Positions 19,516 to 28,684 of a DNA stretch of 64,000 bases are shown in pieces. Position numbers and translations under genes: made by a program. This DNA is from a virus (taxonomy: Duplodnaviria; Caudoviricetes), in the IMG/VR virus record IMGVR_UViG_3300035492_000236. One strand, given 5' to 3'. How positions within the stretch are numbered: the first letter of the stretch is position 1; each line of letters begins with the position of its first letter. The notes below the pieces were generated by a model. That model did not search any database and had not been told where the DNA came from. It saw only the letters and a list, made by a program, of their open reading frames with translations.

Positions 19516-20097
19516 CTACCGCTGCCCTGCCTTTTTATACCTAGGACCTATACCGCGCAACTTTTCCCGTGTGATGCCAGTCAGGGTCAGTGTAGCACCG
19601 CCACGTCGAACTGTAACATCGCAGTCCACATCATACAAACCCAGCCGGTACAGATCTGCTGTAATGACGTTCTCGATCTCAGCATAGGCGTCGAAGTGCG
19701 GTAGACACTCCTGCACCATCCACGCGACGGTTACAGGTGAGAGGTCGTTGGGTCCGTACGGGTCATCCTCGTCGTCAATGGTCTCCAACATTCCCGCGGC
19801 AAGTCGACTACCATCTTCCGCCAACTCTTGCAGGTCTTGTGGGCTCAGTTCGATGTACGCACCTTCTGCAAACACCAACGGTCCGGTGATGTCCAATAGC
19901 GCCCGGTAGCGGTGCATGTTGTAACTGCCGTTCATGATGTATGAAATCAGCTCCTCAACTTGCATGATGAAACAATCGTACACTAGCTGTCGTGCGGCAT
20001 CAGAAAATACCCCCAGGTCATGATCGGATTCTATTTTCGTCCAAAGTCGACGAATCGCATCACGGGATCGCCGTCCCAAGTTTAAAGTTACTTCCAT
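19516..20097 (-). CDS. Hypothetical protein
   Basis: 193-aa ORF; possible paralog of the upstream gene. Confidence 0.6.
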   Translation of the reverse strand: MEVTLNLGRRSRDAIRRLWTKIESDHDLGVFSDAARQLVYDCFIMQVEELISYIMNGSYNMHRYRALLDITGPLVFAEGAYIELSPQDLQELAEDGSRLAAGMLETIDDEDDPYGPNDLSPVTVAWMVQECLPHFDAYAEIENVITADLYRLGLYDVDCDVTVRRGGATLTLTGITREKLRGIGPRYKKAGQR

Positions 20098-20516
20098 GTC
20101 TCCACCCTCACCCTAACATAGTTTAGTGCTGGACTGACGTACACTCGATCGATGGCCAATGCATCATCAGGTACTGACCGTTCGTAAAGTTTCCGTAATG
20201 GAGCTAACAACATACATAGCTCTGCCGGTCTTGGGATGGTGTGACCAAAGAAGTCAGACAGACTCTCATGTGAGCCAACCTCGCGCCACACACTGGCGAA
20301 ATCTGCAAACCGTGCAGTGGGCATGTCATAGCTCAGCATTGTGTCGATACATTCCTCAATGGCCAACCTAAACACCCTCGTGTACAGACTGTGCATGTGG
20401 TCCCCTTCCGACAGTCCCAGCTCTAATACCCCAGCGGAGTATAAACTTCGCAGGTTGTCACGCACATCCGGCGGGATGTCTATGGTGACGTCAATGACAC
20501 GATAATCGTTACTCAC
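20088..20516 (-). CDS. Hypothetical protein
   Basis: Likely GTG start after a TATCTTGGAG leader. Confidence 0.6.
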   Translation of the reverse strand: MSNDYRVIDVTIDIPPDVRDNLRSLYSAGVLELGLSEGDHMHSLYTRVFRLAIEECIDTMLSYDMPTARFADFASVWREVGSHESLSDFFGHTIPRPAELCMLLAPLRKLYERSVPDDALAIDRVYVSPALNYVRVRVETWK

Positions 20517-20560
20517 GACAAACTCCAAGATAGTTAGTTCATGATAATAACATATAACTG

Positions 20561-20598
20561 AAATAAAAACCGGTCAGGGACCCGAAGGTCCCTGATGG
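20561..20598 (-). terminator. Intrinsic terminator
   Basis: TCAGGGACC-TTCG-GGTCCCTGA followed by TTTTTATTT on the - strand. Confidence 0.8.
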
Positions 20599-20601
20599 CG
20601 G

Positions 20602-20994
20602 TTAGGATATTGTTGTCTTTTGCCGTTGTTCTTTCCACGCAGTTTGCCGCAAAATCAGATCGATCATGTCATCAGTGCGCCAGTCGGGCAGCCGAAAGGC
20701 ATCCTTACGGAAGTGTGGGTTTGGTACGTATTGCGGCGTCCACCAGCGTACGGGCCATTTCCATTTAGTCTTCCGGCAGAGTCCGTTGATAACCCGCTGC
20801 GTAAGTGTAAGTCGCTTTGGCACTACCCGCGGTGGTTCCAGCAACACACCCAAGTTATTGTACACTTCGGCATACTCCACTTTACATAACCAGTTACCCT
20901 CTGCCTTTCGCGACATGGGAACTTGCTCGTACTCCAATCGTCCCGCGTCCGGACCACTCATCACCACATAGTACGGCTTCCTTACAGTATCCAT
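20602..20994 (-). CDS. Hypothetical protein
   Basis: 130-aa ORF overlapping the RNase H stop. Confidence 0.55.
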   Translation of the reverse strand: MDTVRKPYYVVMSGPDAGRLEYEQVPMSRKAEGNWLCKVEYAEVYNNLGVLLEPPRVVPKRLTLTQRVINGLCRKTKWKWPVRWWTPQYVPNPHFRKDAFRLPDWRTDDMIDLILRQTAWKEQRQKTTIS

Positions 20995-22610
20995 GCTTGC
21001 TCCTCAGTAGACAAGATACGCTTATTGCGATACACGCCGGCCCAAATGCCCACGCCGTCATCGCAATCAAGTACAAAACCATAATTGTACAGAATGCGTG
21101 AGAACTTCCACGTCACAATATAAACTTTGGGGTTCTTGTCGGTAAGCTTTGCCAGCATGTTTCGTGACGGCAAATCGATTCCCCGCGCCAGGATTAACTT
21201 CACCGGCTTGCTTACTCCGTCCAGATTCGCTTGGACCTCGATGGAGCGGTCGACGTTGGTGTAGAACTCAGTGAGCTTGACAGCACCCGCCTCTCCGTTC
21301 TTCTTGACCTCCTGCTGGAAAAACGCGTCAGTCAGGTCGGTCAGCGCAATCTTGGTCTGTGAGGGGTTGTCGTCGCCATCCACGATGCAACCCTTAGTCA
21401 TCAGGTAAGCATTGAGAATGTCCCGCAGGTTACGCTCTTCGTCCAACACCCGGTACGATAATCGCGGCGGTCTTTGCACTTTCGCCACCAGCTCCTTGTC
21501 GATAGTTAACAGGTCGTCATGGTCATTGCCCATCCACAGGCACTCTCTGCCCGCACGCTTCAACTCCCAGATAATCCGCGGCGACATGATCGACGACACG
21601 TTGACCATGCCGACCAAGGCCGACTGATACATCTCACACTGTGTGGTCCACATGTTGTTCCGATGATAATCTAACAGCTCATCGATTAACGCAGGCCGCT
21701 CCTTTGACAATACCACAGAGAAGCCCGCATCGGGGATAATCTTACCTAGCAGTTCAACGTCATCTTTGTTCTTAGAATGGTCGCCCAAGAAATACTGATG
21801 GTAGGTTTCGCCATCGATATCAACCTGCTGCCGCTCTTCCGACGTTAACGCATAACACCACTTTTGGTGCAGCATGGGCGGTACTGGTTTCTCCGGCTCC
21901 CAGTAGTCCTGGTCGTGCACGTCGGTGGCGATCCAGTGGTTAGTCGGCTTGCCGTTAATACCGGCCACGACAGCAAAGGTGGCGTTGCGGTCCGCCGACT
22001 CATTTCCGAAGTGCCCTTTATGGGCCTTGATCTTTTTCACTTCCAGCCGGTCTTTCCATACCTCGAGCAACTTATCGATGCGTTGCCAGATTTCCAGGTT
22101 CTTAATTTCAGTCCCGTCTGCTCTGCACCAATTGCGCGCCTTCCAGTTGACCAGGTCGCGACGAATGCCGTCGACCAGATACTGACTGTCGGAATATACT
22201 AACATGTACTCCACATCCAGTTTGTCAGTTTCCAGGACCTGGCACAATGCTTCCAATTCCCCTACTTGAGAGGTGCCGTCGGGGAAAGAAATCCAGGCAT
22301 CGACGATAGCGATGTCAGCCCCCTCTTTAGTAACTCTACAGACACCATCATCGGCTTTCAAACTGATTTTCTGATCCCACTGCTCATAGGTCGGGTTGTG
22401 TTTTTCGTCTTTCAGCTCCGGGCCGGTTGGTTTGGGATGGTAACCTGTCGGGGTGATGATGTTGGGTACTTTACTGTAACGGACGGTGGGAAGTTCGTTA
22501 TATAGGTAACCATGAATACCGGAGCCGCCGGAGCCACGATGAGTTCCTTCACGTCGACCACCGTCAGTGTACATCACTGCGTATTTGTATTTAAGAGGTT
22601 GGGTTATCAT
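20982..22610 (-). CDS. rnhA: Ribonuclease H with C-terminal extension, phiKZ gp155-like
   Basis: YTDGG, GELEAL, YSDSQY, KAHKGHFGNESAD catalytic motifs. Confidence 0.88.
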   Translation of the reverse strand: MITQPLKYKYAVMYTDGGRREGTHRGSGGSGIHGYLYNELPTVRYSKVPNIITPTGYHPKPTGPELKDEKHNPTYEQWDQKISLKADDGVCRVTKEGADIAIVDAWISFPDGTSQVGELEALCQVLETDKLDVEYMLVYSDSQYLVDGIRRDLVNWKARNWCRADGTEIKNLEIWQRIDKLLEVWKDRLEVKKIKAHKGHFGNESADRNATFAVVAGINGKPTNHWIATDVHDQDYWEPEKPVPPMLHQKWCYALTSEERQQVDIDGETYHQYFLGDHSKNKDDVELLGKIIPDAGFSVVLSKERPALIDELLDYHRNNMWTTQCEMYQSALVGMVNVSSIMSPRIIWELKRAGRECLWMGNDHDDLLTIDKELVAKVQRPPRLSYRVLDEERNLRDILNAYLMTKGCIVDGDDNPSQTKIALTDLTDAFFQQEVKKNGEAGAVKLTEFYTNVDRSIEVQANLDGVSKPVKLILARGIDLPSRNMLAKLTDKNPKVYIVTWKFSRILYNYGFVLDCDDGVGIWAGVYRNKRILSTEEQAWIL

Positions 22611-23301
22611 GCTCAGGTTCCACTATCGGAATAATACTGTCAGAAACAGAAGTCCACTTTTCGACTTCTTTTAACATACCATCGTAACCGATGGTTTTTA
22701 TTAAGTGCAGACAATGGTACATGCGTGCAGTTTCGTACCCTTCATAGCCGGCGTCATATACCGCCACATGCGGAATCCGTTCCGGGTAGTTCCAGAATCG
22801 CTGTATTTCGATGTCACTAATCGGGGGTATTTCCAGACCGTGATTAACACGCTCCACGGTCCGAGATGAGTCTAGAGGGCGGGCATGGAGTGGGGTACGG
22901 TACATACCTAACTGCCGCAACGCATGGCGAAGAATCACATAGTCAAAGTCCGGCCCCTTCATCGGCATGGCAAACTTGCCGTAAGGAAGCGATCGGAAGT
23001 AACTGTCGACCTGTTTCATGCCTTCGTTGAAGGTCGTGCGTCCATGCCAGGTCATGTCGTGTGCCAACTGTGTGGGGTGGCCTTCGCCGCGCCCGGCCCA
23101 CCAGTCGAGGGTCTGAGGGCTGCTAGTGCGACTGGCCTGTTCAGGGTCCTCGGGATCGAAGGTCACGTTTAGCACACTAACCGGCTTCAAGGTGTAGTTA
23201 TCGAACATCACCGCACCAACGGACAGGAGGTAGGCAGAGGCTTCAGTGTCCTTGGTCTCAATGTCCGCGCCGACTGTGTATCTGGGAATCGTTATACGCA
23301 T
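22591..23301 (-). CDS. DEDDh 3'-5' exonuclease (DnaQ/RNase T-like)
   Basis: ADIETKD (ExoI), GPDFDYVIL (ExoII), HVAVYDA (ExoIII). Confidence 0.8.
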   Translation of the reverse strand: MRITIPRYTVGADIETKDTEASAYLLSVGAVMFDNYTLKPVSVLNVTFDPEDPEQASRTSSPQTLDWWAGRGEGHPTQLAHDMTWHGRTTFNEGMKQVDSYFRSLPYGKFAMPMKGPDFDYVILRHALRQLGMYRTPLHARPLDSSRTVERVNHGLEIPPISDIEIQRFWNYPERIPHVAVYDAGYEGYETARMYHCLHLIKTIGYDGMLKEVEKWTSVSDSIIPIVEPEHDNPTS

Positions 23302-23350
23302 AATGAACTAATCCAAAGTTAGCGGGGTCTATAGTATCGATAACTTAGTA

Positions 23351-23388
23351 ATAAATAAAAATAACGATGGGGACCGAAGTCCCCATCG
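23351..23388 (-). terminator. Intrinsic terminator
   Basis: CGATGGGGAC-TTCG-GTCCCCATCG followed by TTATTTTTATTT on the - strand. Confidence 0.8.
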
Positions 23389-23396
23389 CACGTTGG

Positions 23397-23846
23397 TTAA
23401 TATACGCAAAACTTTAATTGGGTCTGGTAGGCCCTGCGCACTGTGACCACGTCGCGATTATGACGCAGTCGCAACTCGCGAATAAAGTCGGTCAGGTCCC
23501 ACTCGAAGTCGTCACGACGTCCTTGACGGCGTCGCTCAAACGTGGGGAATGGCTCCAGCTGCGGCGGTTCAGTGAGACGACAGAGCGCTGGATCGGCAGG
23601 GGGCGTCCATCCTAAGCTGACTGCGTACTGGTTCAGGTTTTTCGTGTAAGCAAATAAATAACCCAAGTACAGGTTCATGTCATCTGCGTACTGGCGGATC
23701 TCTTCACGCGTGGGTGAGTCTTCCCTCTGCGTGATTAATTGGGGTGGTTGGGTAACTATACCGATAGGGATAGTGGTCGTATCTCGGTTTAGGACGCAGC
23801 CCCCCAACTGCGCCACTATGAGCAACGCCAAAAGTAATCTCATCAT
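23397..23846 (-). CDS. Lipoprotein, o-spanin candidate
   Basis: Signal peptide II MMRLLLALLIVAQLGG|C; Pro-rich mature part; extra Cys residues. Confidence 0.55.
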   Translation of the reverse strand: MMRLLLALLIVAQLGGCVLNRDTTTIPIGIVTQPPQLITQREDSPTREEIRQYADDMNLYLGYLFAYTKNLNQYAVSLGWTPPADPALCRLTEPPQLEPFPTFERRRQGRRDDFEWDLTDFIRELRLRHNRDVVTVRRAYQTQLKFCVY

Positions 23847-23850
23847 TACC

Positions 23851-24267
23851 TCAGTTTGTTCCGTTGATCCAGTCGATCATCCGATCCTGATTCACTGTCC
23901 GTGTATCCTCCTCTCTGACAACGAGCCGATTGCGGTCACCGCGTTTATCATATGGCTCGGGCGTCTTAGGCGGCTCTTCAACAGCTGATCGTGAATGCGC
24001 ATGCACCAATTCGCCGATACGCAGTTGTTGAGCCTCGACGGTGTCATTCAGGTGCGCGATGGTGGTGTTCAGCCGGACGTTCTCGCCATGCAAGACGAAG
24101 AACTGCTCACCAACATACACCAGCATGCAGAACAGGCTGACGATCACCAGTACGCTAACGCGTTCCAGTACCGTACTGCGCTTGTTCTCTGCCTGAGGAT
24201 TGAGGATCTCTTTGCCGTACTCCAAGAGAATCGGAAGAAGTACTTTTATCCAAGATAAGGCTCCCAT
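23851..24267 (-). CDS. Membrane-anchored coiled-coil protein, i-spanin candidate
   Basis: One strong TM segment (VSVLVIVSLFCMLVYV) then a heptad-like region; directly upstream of the lipoprotein. Confidence 0.5.
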   Translation of the reverse strand: MGALSWIKVLLPILLEYGKEILNPQAENKRSTVLERVSVLVIVSLFCMLVYVGEQFFVLHGENVRLNTTIAHLNDTVEAQQLRIGELVHAHSRSAVEEPPKTPEPYDKRGDRNRLVVREEDTRTVNQDRMIDWINGTN

Positions 24268-24326
24268 ATCAGTTTTACCTTCTATTTCATGTGTTACCTA
24301 TTAAAAAATGGCTTTGGAGTGCATTT

Positions 24327-25649
24327 ATGTTTACCTTGAAAGGGTTTATATCCATTACTGCGTTGGCAAACAACACGCCTAACCTCGTGTCTCCTCTTGG
24401 TGAATTGTCGAGCGTATCAGAAAGTTACGCCCGCGAAAAGGGCTTCTATAACAAAGCGGACGCGCCGAATGTTCAGCTGGTAACGTTCACCAGTGAACGA
24501 GACGGTAATGTGATCACCACACCGGCCGCGTTTCACAGTCACGTCCTGACGATTGCTCAGTGGGTGTTTAATAACGCAGTCAGTAATACCATCAACGACG
24601 ATCCTGAAGCGTTTCGTCAACTACTACTCACCCAATTCGGCGTCGACATTAAAAACGTGGAAGTGGGTAAGATGGTGGTGGCCAAATCCAACTGGATGCC
24701 CTCTTATATTCAATGGACACTGGATAAAGCCGGCGTCGAAGAAAACACCATCCGAATTTGGTTTGCTGACGAAGCGTTCCAAAACCAGTATGATGATTAC
24801 GAAATCATTGTCATTCCGCCCATTGAGCCCGTGGACACATTCCAGAAAGTTAAGTCAGTGGTACAGACCGCGTTGGCGACGTTTAACCAACCAGACCATC
24901 TCCTCAAAGTGCTGGAAAAGACAGATGGGGTACCGTACACCTACCTGATCTCGAAAGAATACGACTGGTACGATCGTGAAGATCCAACTGCGACCCTTCC
25001 CACCACCTGGTCGGTGGCGGTGTATGGAATCGCTGGTAGAAACCCGATTGTGATCAAAGAAGCCATCGCCGACTACATCCTTGAGAATTCCGCGTATGGT
25101 CGTCCCGATTGGATACCGGTGTTTCCGGATATCTTCACCTCCACCGAGTTCGTGTTCGTTCCGATGTGGCACCGTAACAGCATTCCCGATGAAACAGTAA
25201 GGGGGTCCTTGTACTCTCCTTTGGTTTCATATAATGATGCGCTCGCAGTCACTAACATGTTCGTGAAATACACTAAAGCCGGGCATGTGCAGGAGAATTT
25301 AGAGTTTGGTACAGTGCATTTTAAATCGCTGGCATTCACCGTGGTGGGTGGCCAAGATAACCGGAATGCGGTGTTTAATCTCAGCGCTTATTTCCCGGAC
25401 TATGCCCTGATCCCGAGCACATCTATCGAATTCAATCGGATGTCGGCGGACACTGTGGAATGGATGACCATGTTTGTGCGGGCGGTGATTACTGCTGAGG
25501 AGATGGATGAGTATTCTTACGTTGATGTGGAGTTTTCGCGCATTGAACGTGACGGAAACATGTACATCGGCTTCTCGCATGAGAACGTGCTGTACTTGAT
25601 CTTGACACGCAACGCGCTGTTGGAAGGTCTGGCTGCTAACGCTGGCTAA
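24327..25649 (+). CDS. Virion structural protein, phiKZ gp157-like
   Basis: MFTLKGF start after GGAG; GELS, WMPSYI and IFPDIF/TSTEFVFVPMW segments; synteny after RNase H/exonuclease. Confidence 0.6.
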   Translation: MFTLKGFISITALANNTPNLVSPLGELSSVSESYAREKGFYNKADAPNVQLVTFTSERDGNVITTPAAFHSHVLTIAQWVFNNAVSNTINDDPEAFRQLLLTQFGVDIKNVEVGKMVVAKSNWMPSYIQWTLDKAGVEENTIRIWFADEAFQNQYDDYEIIVIPPIEPVDTFQKVKSVVQTALATFNQPDHLLKVLEKTDGVPYTYLISKEYDWYDREDPTATLPTTWSVAVYGIAGRNPIVIKEAIADYILENSAYGRPDWIPVFPDIFTSTEFVFVPMWHRNSIPDETVRGSLYSPLVSYNDALAVTNMFVKYTKAGHVQENLEFGTVHFKSLAFTVVGGQDNRNAVFNLSAYFPDYALIPSTSIEFNRMSADTVEWMTMFVRAVITAEEMDEYSYVDVEFSRIERDGNMYIGFSHENVLYLILTRNALLEGLAANAG

Positions 25650-25664
25650 CTCGTAGGAGGATAA

Positions 25665-26303
25665 ATGGCACAATTAACCACGCGCCGTACAGTCACCCCG
25701 CCAATTAATACGTCCGGCTTTTACCAAGTGTATCAGCCGTTTGTACTTAGCGATCGATTGACGTACCGGTGCGACGCCATTCGTAGCTTTAGCGAATTGG
25801 CCAAACGCGACATCGATGTCTATGTCACCTACTACAAACCGTTTGGAATCAGTGAGGCCGACTACCAGAAAGACTTGGACCTCAATGCTTCTATCGTCAC
25901 CTTGATCTCCTCTGAAGGCGAGTTTGTTTACGTCCCTAACACGTACATTGAAGCATATCCCGGCATGTCTGGGGTGTCGTATCAACGTACGGTGTTGGTG
26001 GTTGAGATGGGTCCACTGCCAGAATCTGCTGATGTCACTTATCTGCTGCCGGAAGTGGAGTCATTAGTATCGTCTGCATCAGGCACGTCCGCTAAGGCAA
26101 CAGTTGCAGTGGTACCGTTGGAGAGTCCACTGACCCATGAAGAGCATCAGCAGCTAGAAGGTGCCCGACGAGGCGCCCTTGCTCTAAGAACCTCCCTGGT
26201 TGAAGAGAACGCTACGCTGACCGCAAGAAACGACGAGCTGACCAGGCAGGTGGATGAGTTGATGGCTATCATCGCCAGCCGGCCTGAGTTCGTTGCCGAC
26301 TGA
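25665..26303 (+). CDS. Probable virion structural protein
   Basis: 212 aa, AGGAGG SD, co-transcribed with the previous gene; VYVPNTYIEAYP segment. Confidence 0.55.
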   Translation: MAQLTTRRTVTPPINTSGFYQVYQPFVLSDRLTYRCDAIRSFSELAKRDIDVYVTYYKPFGISEADYQKDLDLNASIVTLISSEGEFVYVPNTYIEAYPGMSGVSYQRTVLVVEMGPLPESADVTYLLPEVESLVSSASGTSAKATVAVVPLESPLTHEEHQQLEGARRGALALRTSLVEENATLTARNDELTRQVDELMAIIASRPEFVAD

Positions 26304-26304
26304 C

Positions 26305-26347
26305 AAAAAAAAAAGAAAGTCTGCCGTGTGGGGTTGCCCCCACACGG
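26305..26347. terminator. Terminator between convergent genes
   Basis: A10 tract plus CCGTGTGGGG-TTGC-CCCCACACGG. Confidence 0.75.
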
Positions 26348-26352
26348 TGGTG

Positions 26353-27201
26353 TTATGCTGCTAACTCGCGATCACGTATCACGGCATCTTGCAGGTTCCA
26401 GTCGGGAGCAAGCGGATCGCGCTTGGATTGGAACTTGCAATGGACCTTGAATGTGCTGTGTACCATTGTGGATGTAGGTGTCAGGCGCACGTCAGGTTTG
26501 GTTAATACTGCAGGCATGCAGGTGGATTGCATGGCCAGCACTAACTCCTGTTGCCAGCGTCGCCTCTCCTCTTGGCGATCCAGATATGCCACTAACGCTT
26601 CCTTGGCCATTGGTCCATAGGTACTGCGTGCCTTATCAATCTTGGCTTTCAATACACCAATGAATTGGGCAACGTTACGCGCTCGACCTTCGCGGTAGAA
26701 CAGGCGACCATTGACAGCAGCCAGCTTGGGATACATATCGGCCACGTTCTGATGCCAGGGGGCGCGAGCGATCTCAGCGGCCCGGCGTGGGGAGAGCAAG
26801 TGTGCCATATACACCTCGGTCAGTGTGGGCTCGCGTCCGAGGTAGTTACGTAACGTTCGCCGGTTCTCTTTAAGGTACTCGGCCCCCATCACTGCGTTAT
26901 CGTACGCTGCTCGACGATTAGCAGTTCGCGCAATGCCATACTGGTGACCGTAACGCTGCACAGTCACCCGCCAAGTGCGGTTGGTGAATTGGAACAGTCC
27001 GGTGGCGGTTGATTGATCGTTCTTTACGGTTGGTCGGAACGATGACTCAATGGCCGCAAAGGCGGCCAACTCTTCCACGTTGGTGTTGCTGTCTAAGCTG
27101 GCACGAACGATGTCGTCGGCCACACGATGCCAATTGGCGGAAGCCATACTGCTGGTGAACAATGTAGTCACGAAAATAAAGACGGTGTACAAGTTAAGCA
27201 T
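26353..27201 (-). CDS. Lytic transglycosylase (SLT) muramidase with N-terminal signal peptide (gp144-like catalytic domain)
   Basis: FAAIESSFRP, TATGLFQF, NAVMGAEYL, YMAHLL motifs; hydrophobic N-terminus ending ASA|NW. Confidence 0.8.
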   Translation of the reverse strand: MLNLYTVFIFVTTLFTSSMASANWHRVADDIVRASLDSNTNVEELAAFAAIESSFRPTVKNDQSTATGLFQFTNRTWRVTVQRYGHQYGIARTANRRAAYDNAVMGAEYLKENRRTLRNYLGREPTLTEVYMAHLLSPRRAAEIARAPWHQNVADMYPKLAAVNGRLFYREGRARNVAQFIGVLKAKIDKARSTYGPMAKEALVAYLDRQEERRRWQQELVLAMQSTCMPAVLTKPDVRLTPTSTMVHSTFKVHCKFQSKRDPLAPDWNLQDAVIRDRELAA

Positions 27202-27232
27202 AAGTCTCTCCAAGATTTCTGGTCTGGTTTGG

Positions 27233-27808
27233 TTATGCGACGGTTGCCGCTTCTTCGTTTTTCTGTACTTTCTTTTTCGGATAGGGAATAACGTTAATAA
27301 CTTTCTTCAATTTAAAATGAGGGAAGTGGCCAAAGTACGATGATTTAAAGGTGGCGACCCGGCCTTTGTGGAGCACGTAACCACCATTAAAGATTGCAGA
27401 ATAGAGCGCGCCTAAATGCGTACGCTCACAGGACGTTAGTTCGGAATCACATTGACGACCCAGGTCAGTGTCGATACAAATGTCCAAGGACAGCTGGGTT
27501 GGTCGCGGGTAGTGTTGTGTGAGCCTTGCTCTAGTGTGTTTGTATTGTTCAGGATCGGCGCCAGACAACTTCTTTGACAGTGACATACTCTTGCGCTCGA
27601 GTCCACGCACGTAGTGCTCGAACAGGCGGCTTGCCACATCACGGTGTCCGTCCGTAAACCCATGGCCAATTTCAACACTGCATATATACAGCTGCGGTTC
27701 GCCTGTTGGGGTATTAAAAATAGGAACCGTGACATGAATCGAATCCAGGTCACGCAGGGTTAAATCCAGGTACTCGTTTACGTATTCAGTGAAGTGAGGA
27801 TGGTACAT
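27233..27808 (-). CDS. Hypothetical protein
   Basis: Likely start MYHPHF after AAGGA, downstream of a promoter-like motif. Confidence 0.55.
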   Translation of the reverse strand: MYHPHFTEYVNEYLDLTLRDLDSIHVTVPIFNTPTGEPQLYICSVEIGHGFTDGHRDVASRLFEHYVRGLERKSMSLSKKLSGADPEQYKHTRARLTQHYPRPTQLSLDICIDTDLGRQCDSELTSCERTHLGALYSAIFNGGYVLHKGRVATFKSSYFGHFPHFKLKKVINVIPYPKKKVQKNEEAATVA

Positions 27809-27846
27809 ATCAAAGTTCCTTGATGATACACGCGCTAATTCAAGAA

Positions 27847-27863
27847 GATGATATATACCTGAG
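27847..27863 (-). promoter_or_regulatory. AT-rich promoter-like motif (CTCAGGTATATATCATC)
   Basis: Matches copies at 48639, 55915 and 19465; ~40 nt upstream of a start codon. Confidence 0.55.
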
Positions 27864-27870
27864 GTAAAAT

Positions 27871-28338
27871 TCACTCGTCCTGATAGAGCACGCTGTCCAG
27901 GGGGATGTCTGAAAGCACATCATGAATGGCTTGCCGTACCCTCGTCTTATCCTCACCTGCCAGCCGGCCATTGAGCTGCCCTAGAGGTGGTAGTGCCAGC
28001 GAGGTGATTTTTAACGTGGGGTAATGGTTTGCCAGTTTATGGAGATTGTCAATAATCAGTTCTGGCGGGGACGGGTCCCGCCAGTCAATCTTCGTAGGAA
28101 ACAACAAGATCCTCCGCTCGGTTGACACACGATAACTCATTAGGCTGTTTGGTAATACTAGCCCGGCTTTGCAGCGCTTGCGGTAGTGTTGGTAAATGGC
28201 GGGGTGCCGCTCCCGCAGCGACAATGCCACACCGCGCCCCATAGCGCCGACCACGTTGATGGTGATCAGCACCGTTTGTTCTGGAGCGTTAAGGATGTCG
28301 CGGCCTGGCAATGCGTCACGCGACCGAACGGTGTGCAT
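27871..28338 (-). CDS. Macrodomain ADP-ribose hydrolase (DarG/TARG1-like)
   Basis: INVVGAMGRGVA, LLFPTKIDWRDPS, LALPPLG..NG.L motifs. Confidence 0.85.
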   Translation of the reverse strand: MHTVRSRDALPGRDILNAPEQTVLITINVVGAMGRGVALSLRERHPAIYQHYRKRCKAGLVLPNSLMSYRVSTERRILLFPTKIDWRDPSPPELIIDNLHKLANHYPTLKITSLALPPLGQLNGRLAGEDKTRVRQAIHDVLSDIPLDSVLYQDE

Positions 28339-28669
28339 GAGTTACCTTACTGTCCAAATGTGCAAGGATGGTGGGCGCCTCTATTGCCAGCAGTCGGCGT
28401 GCATTGGCCGTGACTTGAGGTCGTGTGTTCGGGTGGGTCAATACACGCATCAGACTGCGAGCATTGTTGATGTATTGACAACGACCACTCTCATCGTTGT
28501 AGAGCACCATCAGATCACTGTCGTCCATGACCGCCACCGTCAGGTTGACGTTGTCAGTGGTCGGGATATTGGTCGCCAAACTGACACGGCTAAAGTTCAG
28601 TCGACGTGCCTCACCAATCAGTTGCTGATAAATGTCGGCTGGAATACGATTGAAGTTCTTTGCTTTCAT
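28316..28669 (-). CDS. Hypothetical protein
   Basis: 117-aa ORF between SbcC and the macrodomain gene. Confidence 0.55.
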   Translation of the reverse strand: MKAKNFNRIPADIYQQLIGEARRLNFSRVSLATNIPTTDNVNLTVAVMDDSDLMVLYNDESGRCQYINNARSLMRVLTHPNTRPQVTANARRLLAIEAPTILAHLDSKVTHAHRSVA

Positions 28670-28684
28670 TGGAGCTAGTTCCTA

